Assembly (NCBI GenBank): GCA_963707505.1
Contig: CAVPQB010000001.1
Location: 64,001 to 128,000, forward strand
Direction: 5' to 3'
Origin: an uncultured Gemmatimonadales bacterium
GTDB lineage: Bacteria; Gemmatimonadota; Gemmatimonadetes; Gemmatimonadales; Gemmatimonadaceae
Length of the DNA stretch: 64,000 nt
The translations under genes and the position numbers were made by a program. Of this stretch, positions 19,918-29,000 are shown piece by piece; positions within the stretch are counted from its first letter, which is position 1, and every line of letters starts with the position of its first letter. A model generated the notes under the pieces. It was not told the origin of the DNA, made no database searches, and saw only the letters and a list, made by a program, of their open reading frames with translations.

Positions 19918-20949
19918 ATGCGCCGACTCCTTATCGCCATCGTGGCGCTCGCCTTTCTCGGGATCATCGCCTACGGCATGTTCGGGATGGGCGGGAGCAG
20001 CGGCGCTGGCGGGATGATTCAGCGCGACGCCAGCGTCAACGATCCGCCCGCCCCCGCGATAACGGTGCGCGATCTCGATGTCGGGCAGGGTGACGCGACG
20101 TACATCCATAACGGTGACAGTCGAGTACTGATAGACGGAGGTCCCGATGCTCGCCGGATGGGATTCCTGCTCGATTCGCTCGGGTTGAACAACAGGACGA
20201 TGGACGTCGTGATTCTTACGCATCAACACTCCGATCACTATACGGGGCTGCTTCCGCTATTCGATTCGCGCCGTCACATCCGGATCCGGTACTTCTTCGA
20301 GGATAAGGACCCGTCCGCCGCTGCCACACTCGCGCGGCTGCGCGACTCGGTCATCTCGCGCGTCCAGTCCGACAGCCTGCAGTATCGAAGCACGGATGAC
20401 CCATGCGGCGACGGCGACGCGATGTGCACCATCACTCTGCGCGGCGGCGCATCGATGCACATCATGCGACCGCTGGCAGCTCCCGCCAAGCCGAACAACC
20501 GCTCCGTTGCCGTGAAGCTCGTGGGCGCGGATTCGGCGTCCTTTACGATGTGGATCGCCGGCGACGCCGAACACGCCGCGATCGCGCACTTCGAGGCGGC
20601 GGGATACGCGACGAATCCCGGCATGAAGGTCGATGTCCTGAAGGCCGACCATCACGGCAGCTGCAACGGCGTGACACCACGCTATCTGGAGCTTACTCAG
20701 CCGACGTGGGCGGTGGCGTCACTTGGTGCGGTCAACGATTACGGTCACATGCATCAGCAGGCGAAGACGGAATACCGCGACGCTGGAGTCCAGTGGTATC
20801 GCACCGATCAGAACGGCACCGTCACGATACAATCGCCGGGTGTGCCGGGAGGTGGCTACACCATCACACCCTCTCGGCCGGGCAAGGACCTGAACGGGCC
20901 GAGCGATCGCAGGGCAAGCGCGCGGGGATGCGCTGGAAGCGAAAGTTGA
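19918..20949 (+). CDS. ComEC/Rec2-like MBL-fold metallo-hydrolase with N-terminal anchor
   Basis: LDVGQGDA, LIDGG, THQHSDH, NNRSV, GDAE, HHGS, NDYGH, YRTDQNGTV. Confidence 0.9.
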   Translation: MRRLLIAIVALAFLGIIAYGMFGMGGSSGAGGMIQRDASVNDPPAPAITVRDLDVGQGDATYIHNGDSRVLIDGGPDARRMGFLLDSLGLNNRTMDVVILTHQHSDHYTGLLPLFDSRRHIRIRYFFEDKDPSAAATLARLRDSVISRVQSDSLQYRSTDDPCGDGDAMCTITLRGGASMHIMRPLAAPAKPNNRSVAVKLVGADSASFTMWIAGDAEHAAIAHFEAAGYATNPGMKVDVLKADHHGSCNGVTPRYLELTQPTWAVASLGAVNDYGHMHQQAKTEYRDAGVQWYRTDQNGTVTIQSPGVPGGGYTITPSRPGKDLNGPSDRRASARGCAGSES

Positions 20950-20980
20950 TCACCGGATAAGATCGAAAAATGGATTCCAA

Positions 20981-21000
20981 GGCGCGGATACGTCCGCGCC
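20981..21000. terminator. Hairpin between convergent genes (GGCGCGGA-TACG-TCCGCGCC)
   Basis: 8-bp GC-rich stem with UNCG-type loop; T-rich tract follows on the minus strand. Confidence 0.5.
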
Positions 21001-21033
21001 CTGCAGCGGGAATTACGACGCGGGACGACCATA

Positions 21034-21309
21034 TCACAGCGTGATATTACCCTTGCCGCCGGTCCCGCCTTTCGCTACCTGGGCGGCTGACTTCGCGAGG
21101 CGGCGCGCGAGCTCCGCTGGATCCGGCGATATGGTCACGCGCAATACGTCGCCTTCGTGTACCCCCTTCGGCAACGCTTCGATTGGCATCGTCACGACGT
21201 TATTGCCGTTGATTTCGACGGCGGCCACGCCGTTCTCGATCTGGTCGATCACCCATATGCTGGTGAATCCGCCGTTCGCTATCGGGGGAGGCGAGTTCGA
21301 ATCGGTCAT
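21034..21309 (-). CDS. DUF3006-like small protein
   Basis: VIDQIENGVAAVE..LPKGVHEGDVLRV; GGAG SD before MTDS. Confidence 0.8.
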   Translation of the reverse strand: MTDSNSPPPIANGGFTSIWVIDQIENGVAAVEINGNNVVTMPIEALPKGVHEGDVLRVTISPDPAELARRLAKSAAQVAKGGTGGKGNITL

Positions 21310-21386
21310 TTGTGCTCCGTGCGGACGTGGCATACCGAATGCTCTGGGGAAAGATATCCAAGGAAGACCTCAAACCCGAGCAAGCC

Positions 21387-22925
21387 ATGTACTCCGGTTC
21401 CGGCGCGACTGAATCTCTCTGGATGGACACGGCCGAAGTGCTCTCGTTCCCACCGCTCGGGAGTGATGCACGCGCGCACGTTTGTATCATCGGCGCCGGC
21501 ATTGCCGGTTTGACCACTGCGTATCTCCTCACACGTGCAGGCAAGGCGGTGATCGTCATCGACGATGGCCCCGTAGGCAGTGGCGAGACGGGGCGCACTA
21601 CTGCTCACATCTCGAATGCGCTCGACGATCGTTATTCCAATCTCGCTACACTGTTCGGAGATGACGGAGCGCGGCACGCCGCCGATTCACATACGGCCGC
21701 GATCCAGCGGATCGAAGCCATCGCCGAGCTGGAAGGTATCGACTGCGACTTCGAGCGAGTGGATGGATTTCTTTTTCTTCACAAAGGAGGAAAGAGCAAG
21801 CTTCTAACAGACGAGCTGGAAGCCAGCCATCAGGCAGGTCTCACCGATACCGAGCTGGTCGAGTGCGCGCCGCTCGACGCATTCGACACTGGCGTTGCAC
21901 TTCGGTTTCCCCGCCAGGCGCAGTTTCATGCATTGCGGTATCTGAATGGACTGGCACGCGCCATAATACGCGATGGCGGCCGCATCTACTCCGGAACAAA
22001 GGCGAAAGGCATCGAGGACGGTGTGCCTGCGAAAGTGACTACCGCCGATGGCCACACGATCATCGCCGATGACGTCGTAGTTGCCACCAACTCGCCGGTG
22101 AACGACTGGATGGTGATGCACACCAAACAGGCCGCGTACCGTACGTACGTGGTGGGATTACGCGTGCCGACCGACGCAATTCCGCACATGCTTCTGTGGG
22201 ATACGGCCGATCCGTATCATTATGTGCGCGTGCATTCCGCCGACAGGCCGGACGCTGACCATGAAGTGCTCATCGTTGGCGGCGAGGACCACAAGACTGG
22301 TCAGGCGCAGGACATGAACGAGCGCTTTGCCCGTCTCGAGCAGTGGGCGCGCGAACGTTTTCCCATGACGAAAGACGTCCTGTATCGCTGGTCGGGACAG
22401 GTTCTGGAGCCGGTGGATAGTCTCGCGTTCATCGGAAAGAATCCCGGTGCTGACGAGCACATCTACATCATCACGGGCGATTCAGGGCATGGAATTACAC
22501 ACGGCACGATCGGCGGTATCCTTGTCACGGATCTCATCATGGGTGTCGAGAATCCATGGACGGATATTTACGATCCGAGCCGTATAGCACTACGCGCGGC
22601 GCCGGATTTCGCTCGCGAAAATCTGAACGTGGCGGAACAATATTCGAGCTGGATAACACCGGGTGACGTTGGAAGCACCGACGAGATTCCCAACGACTCC
22701 GGTGCAGTCATACGTCGCGGCATGCACAAGATCGCGGTTTACAAGGATGCGTCCGGCAACGTCAACGAATGCTCCGCAGTCTGTACGCATCTTTACTGTA
22801 TAGTCGATTGGAATGACACGGAAAAGACGTGGGACTGTCCATGTCACGGCTCCCGGTTCGATCCGTATGGCAAGGTGGTGAATGGGCCTGCGATCGCGGA
22901 TCTGGAGCCGGCACGGAAGGCGTAG
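21387..22925 (+). CDS. FAD-dependent oxidoreductase with C-terminal Rieske [2Fe-2S] domain (YhfW-like)
   Basis: IIGAGIAG, ETGRTTAH, WSGQV; Rieske CTHLYC and WDCPCHGSRF. Confidence 0.93.
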   Translation: MYSGSGATESLWMDTAEVLSFPPLGSDARAHVCIIGAGIAGLTTAYLLTRAGKAVIVIDDGPVGSGETGRTTAHISNALDDRYSNLATLFGDDGARHAADSHTAAIQRIEAIAELEGIDCDFERVDGFLFLHKGGKSKLLTDELEASHQAGLTDTELVECAPLDAFDTGVALRFPRQAQFHALRYLNGLARAIIRDGGRIYSGTKAKGIEDGVPAKVTTADGHTIIADDVVVATNSPVNDWMVMHTKQAAYRTYVVGLRVPTDAIPHMLLWDTADPYHYVRVHSADRPDADHEVLIVGGEDHKTGQAQDMNERFARLEQWARERFPMTKDVLYRWSGQVLEPVDSLAFIGKNPGADEHIYIITGDSGHGITHGTIGGILVTDLIMGVENPWTDIYDPSRIALRAAPDFARENLNVAEQYSSWITPGDVGSTDEIPNDSGAVIRRGMHKIAVYKDASGNVNECSAVCTHLYCIVDWNDTEKTWDCPCHGSRFDPYGKVVNGPAIADLEPARKA

Positions 22926-22948
22926 GTCATCCTATCCTTGTTATAACA

Positions 22949-22975
22949 TGGATTCCCGCTTTCGCGGGAATGACG
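22949..22975. repeat. REP/dRS3-like palindrome
   Basis: TGGATTCCCGCTTTCGCGGGAATGACG between convergent genes. Confidence 0.9.
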
Positions 22976-23011
22976 AACCATGGTGCCAGTACCTGCCCTG
23001 CCACCCAACCG

Positions 23012-26000
23012 TTATCCCATGTTCACGATGACGGTGTGGCGCGCTCCGTCATCGCGCAACTGCACGGCGCCATCCGCCACCGTAGCACCATCCAGGGTTA
23101 CATCCTTCACTCCGCGCTGCACATGTGCCGGATTGCGCACCTCGATCGTGTACGTCGCTGACTTGTAGATGTACTCGATCGTGAATCCATCCCACGTGGG
23201 TGGAATGCACGGATTCATCGTGAGTCGATCGCCGCGCTTGGTGAAGCCGAGTATTCCTTCGAGACCCGTGCGATAGTACCAGCTCGCGCTGCCGGTATAC
23301 CATGTCCAGCCACCGCGCCCGAGATGCTGGTCGGCGGTATAGATGTCGGCCACGACCACGTAAGGCTCGACCTTGTAACGCTCGACAGCCTCTCTCGTAT
23401 CCGAGTGCGTCAGCGGATTCAGCATCTGGAACAGGTCGAACGCATGCGCACCGTTTCCGTTCATCACCTGCGCCCAGATCACCCACGTGGCTGCATGCGT
23501 GTACTGCGCGCCATTTTCGCGGACGCCCGGTAGATAGCCCTTGATGTAGCCAGGATCGTGAGAGGTCTTGTCGAATGGCGGCGTGAGCAGCATGACTAGC
23601 CGCGCATCGTTGCGAACGAGGTGCTGGTCGACCGATACCATCGCCGACTGCGCACGTTGCGGATGGCCGGCTCCTGACAGAACGCTCCAGCTCTGCGCGA
23701 TGGAATCGATCCTGGCTTCCTCGCTCTTGCTCGAGCCGAGCGGATAACCGTCGTCGTAGTATGCGCGAATGTACCAGTCGCCATCCCACGCGTTTGTTTC
23801 GATTCCGTTCCGGTAGCGCTCTGCAATCCCGAGGAAATCGTCGTGCGTTGCGGTATCGCCGCGCGATGCGCTGATCTCCGCGATGCGCTTCAACGTCGCG
23901 ATGAGGAACCATGCGAGCCAGACGCTCACTCCCTTCCCATCGATACCAACGCGGCTGAATCCGTCGTTCCAGTCGCCGCTGCCGATCAACGGGAGGTCGT
24001 GCTGCCCGAACGTGCACGCCTTGCGCAATGCGCGCACGCAATGCTCGTATATGGTCGCGCTCTCGTCCGATATTTCCGGCTTGTCGTACAGCTCGTGCTC
24101 GTCGGGAGCGAGCTGACGCATCGTGATGAACCTCGCCTGCTCGTCCAGAATCGAGTTGTCACCGGTCACTTCCGTGTAATGCGCTACGACGAACGGCAGC
24201 CATACCAGATCATCCGAGAAGCGCGTTCGAACTCCGCGGCCGCTCTTGGGATGCCACCAGTGTTGCACGTCACCTTCGACGAACTGCCGGCTGGCTGCGC
24301 GCAGAATGTGAGCGCGCGCAACCGGAACGTCGGTGTACAGAAACGCCATGCAGTCCTGCAACTGATCCCTGAAGCCGTATGCACCGCTGGATTGATACAG
24401 CGCCGTACGGCCCCACATCCGGCATGACAGAGCCTGGTACAGCAACCACCCGTTCTCAATCCTGTCAAAGGATTCATCGGGCGTCCTGACCTTGATAGTC
24501 GCGAGCCTGTCCTGCCATGCCTTGCCCGCGCGATCCACCTCTGCGACGGAGCTTTCTACCGTCTTGTATCTACGGATGAGCGTTCGCGCCTCGTCCATGG
24601 CGGAAACTGCGCCGAGCAGTACGATTACTTCCGCAGTCTCGCCAGGATGTACTGTCACGCTCGTTTGCAGCGCGCCACACGGATCAACGACCTCGCCGAC
24701 CGACTCACCGAGCGCTGCCTTCGACAGAGCTGCGGGACGGGCAGGCGTTCCATTCCGTCCAATGAATTCGCGCCGGTCCGCGGTGTAGCTCGTGACATCA
24801 CCACTCATTGCAAGGAATGCAACGAGATCGGCGTATTCCTGATCGAAGAAGTTCTGCCCGAAGATCGATGCGGTGTCGGTATCGTAGGAGGTGTACACAT
24901 GCTGCTGCGTCAGGTCGCGCGAAACGCCGAGTACCCATTCGACGTAGCTCGTCACCGTGATGCGCTTTGGCGATCGGCCGTTGTTGGTGATCCTGAGTAC
25001 GCTCACCTTTACCGGGTCGTCGGTCGCCATCGCGATCTTGACGGACGTATGTATGTCGGCGTGCTGATGATCGAAGATCGAGTAGCCAGCGCCATGCTTG
25101 ACGACATATTCGGTCATCTCGCGGATCGGAGCCGGTGTCGCAGTCCACACATCACCGGTCTCGTCGTCACGGAGGTAGATACAGTCGCTGCACGGATCAC
25201 GGACGGGGTCGTTGTGCCACGGGGTTATACGATAGAAGAAGCTGCTTTCCGCCCACGTGCAGCTGCTGCCGCTTTCCGTTATGACGAAGCCTGCCGCAGG
25301 ATTCGCTACGACGTTCGCCCACGGTGCCGGTGGCAGCTCGGTGCCATACAACCGCAGCTCGTACTCGCCGGCATCGTTGAAGAATCCGAAACCGTTGGTA
25401 GCTGGTGAATCCGATGGCGCCAGGGACGCCTTGCGATCTACAGTACGACGCGCGTATCGCGGCGGGACTGGAGCGTCGGGTCGCCCGGCGTATTCCTTCC
25501 TGTCATCTGGGAATTCGAGCAGGGAGCCCAGTCCCAGTCCATCACACGCAACATGCACGCGCGCCATCGCGCGAATCAGCGCGACATCTTCCGGCTTGAG
25601 TACGTCGGTACGGCGAATGAACACCCCGCCGGAGCGATCGATTAGCGCAGCCTCGCTCGACGCCATGACCGTCGATGTGAGCGTGTCGTTCAACTCCTGC
25701 AGGTACGACGGTGGCCGCTCGTTCAGAATGACGAGGTCCGACTTGAGACCCTTCAATCTCCAGTAATGGTGCGCCTGCAACAGTTGGCGGATACTGGGCA
25801 TTCCCTCCGGCGCGTCGATGGTCGCAAGCAGGATCGGGTTGTCACCGGAGATGCCGAGTGGCCATAGCGACTGCTGGCCGCGCGTGTTGTCGCGCAACTC
25901 CGTACCGGTCGGCCGTAATTGCGGATGCGGATAGATCAGATAGCCGGCGAACTGCTGATACACGGCAGCATCGCTCGGCGCGATCCCCAGATCGCGCAGC

Positions 26001-29000
26001 TCGGCCTGCGCCTGAGCCCAGCTCAGGTCGAGTGCGCGGCGCGCACTGAACGGATCATCGTACAGATCCGACAGCTCCACCGCTCGCTCGCGTGTCTCTG
26101 CGACGAGCGTGGTGAAGCTCACCGGAACTGATTTGCCGGGCGCAACACGAATGCGAACGCGGAGTGAGAAGATCGGATCGAGTGGCGCGCCGGCGGAATT
26201 CGACAGCGAACCCGCATCTTCCATTGCATCGGGATGTCGCACCGATTTCCCGCGGCCGATGAACTTTGCACGATCCGTCTCGTAACTCACACTTCCAACG
26301 CGCTCGGGACCTGTCGCGACGACGTGCGCCCCCCAGTAGACCTTCTCGTCGGAGGCGCGCGCACGGCGTGTTGCAATGATCGCCGAATGCTCGCCGACCC
26401 ATTCTGTCTGGACAAAGAGGTTGCCGAACGCCGGATGCTGTCGGTCCGTGTCGAGAGATTGCAACACGATCTCGGAGTAGCTCGTGAGCTCGAACTCGCG
26501 CGTCACAGCGGATCTGTTGGTGATCGTCACGCGCCTGACTTCTGCCGCGTCGTCGGACGATACCACGACTTCCATCATCGTGTCGACATCGCCATCTCTG
26601 CGATGGAACTCCACGCGATCACTGGCGAACGAGACATGATAGGCGTCCGCGTCGACGGCCACCGGTTGATGTGCCGCGCTCCATACACGGCCACTCGTCA
26701 TGTCCTTGATGTATATCCACTCACCGTGATTGTCGCGCGTCGTGTCGCGGCGCCAGCGCGTCACCACGATATCGCCGTAACGACTGTAGCCGCCGCCGGC
26801 GTTCGTGATGAGTGTCGTGTACGGAACGTTGCCAAGCAGTGCGATACGCGGCTGGGCGGTGTACGGCGTATCCATTTCCCGTACGGCCGGCTTCACCGTT
26901 TCCACCGGCGTCATCGGAACCGGCTCATCCTCGTTGCCGGTTCGCTGCACTACCAGGCGCCGTGGAATGCGTTCCTGAAGAACCAGGTCGTTGGAGCGAA
27001 CCAGTGGATCCGCATGGAAACGTCGCTGCCACACCTGACGTTGCAATGCGTTGGTAAGTGCTACCAGACTCATCCCGATGTGGTGCGCCATGTACGTTCC
27101 GACCACCGCGCGCGTGGATCCGGGATCCGGACGCGTGTAGTCGATGGCGTCGCGGAAGCCGTACGGCCCCAGCGCTCCTTCGCTCTCGAGTACGGCGAGA
27201 TTACGGATTGCCTGATGCGGCTGGATCAGCATCGCGAGTACCGTCGCGTACGGTGCGACGACCAGATCCTTGTTGAGTCCGCGCTTCAGCGCGAGATCCG
27301 GCACTCCGAAGCCGCGATACTGATATACCTGATTCCGGTCGCGCACATTGTACGCGGATTCGGATACTCCCCATGGTGTCTTTCTCTCCGCACCGTACAG
27401 AATCTGTCGCCGCACTGCACCGTGGTACGTCTGATCCAGCAGCGTGAACGGATACGACTGCGTCACGAGCACCGGCATGAGATACTCGAACATGCTGCCG
27501 CTCCACGAAGCGAGAGCACGAATGCCCCTGTCTGACGTGAGCGAGCGTCCGAGATGAAACCAGTGCTCGACCGGAATGTCGCCCTTGGCGATAGCTATGA
27601 ACGACGCAAGACGTGCTTCGGATGCAAGCAGGTCGTAGAACGAGTTGTCGAACGAGCTTGCACTCGTGTGATATCCGATTGAGAACAGCTTCCTGCGCTC
27701 ATCGTACAGGAACGTGAAATCCATCTCTGATGCGTAGGCGAATGCGCGATCCGCTATCGCCCGCAGTCGTGCGCACTCGTCGCCGACATCCTCACCGGGT
27801 GCGACCGTTCCCTGCATTCGCTCGCCTGACCTGGCTGCGACTATACCACCCGCGAGCGAATGGCCGGAAATCTCCATCTCGATCGTGCGCGGTTGCAGCG
27901 AGTGGATTATCTGGATGCATGCCTGCTTCAATGCAATGAGGTGCCCGGCAAGGTTGCCGCTGTCTACGGTCGATATGTACGCAGGCTCCAGTACCTGCAG
28001 CGTCGTGAGATCATACCAGTTGAAGAAGTGGCCACGATAACGGTGCATCTTCTCCAATGACTGGAACATCCGCTCCAGCCGCTCGATCATGTCCTGCCGA
28101 GTGATGAATCCAAGGTCAGCGGCGCTGACCGTCGCCAGCAGCTGAAGACCGATGTTGGTCGGCGACGTACGCAGGGCAACTTCCGGCTCGGGATCTTCCT
28201 GAAAATTGTCGGGCGCGAGCCAGCTCGTCTTGTCGGTTACAAAATGATTGAAGAACTCCCAGTGCAATCGCGCATACCGCTCGGCGCGCGCGCGCTCAGC
28301 CTCGCCGAGCTTCACCTCGCCCGGAATTGCCGGAGCGGAAAGCGCAGATGCGATGCTCGGCGACACGATCCAGAGGATCGCCAGCGGAATCGTTGCGACC
28401 ACCGCCAACACGCGCAAGCCGATACTGTCGCCCGTGTAGTACACACTGACCATCGCAGCGATGCCGGCAAGCAGACCGATCACCACCGCGGGCCACATGC
28501 GGCGATACACTTCGCGGTCTGGGCCGGAGCGCATCGCGCGCTCTACCTGCGAGGCGGTCTGCCATTCGAGCATGTGACGGTGCGTCACATATAGTCGCAC
28601 TACTGTGCGTACTATTGCGTCCGCCGACACCCACGCCTGATGCGGGAGGAACGTTACTGCAAGGCCAAACTGCTCGGCGTTTGCCATTATGTCGCGCGCA
28701 ACCGCCCCGTAGTACGCCTGCAGAGATTGATCGGTTGGCGGTTGAAGTATCTCGAGAACTGCCGCGAACAGCCACGGAAATGCGATAAACGCCAGCACGA
28801 CGACCGTCCAGAGCATCGGCGAACCAGGCAGGACGAACCAGCCAACTAGCAACAACACCAGCAATGCTATCTCTACGAGCGACCGTCTCAGGTTGTCGAA
28901 GATCTTCCAGCGCGAGAGCGTCGACAATCTGTTCGGCTCCAGACCGTCAGGACCGGGTACGGTTGCGCCGAGCCAGCTCAGGATCTGCCAGTCACCGCGA

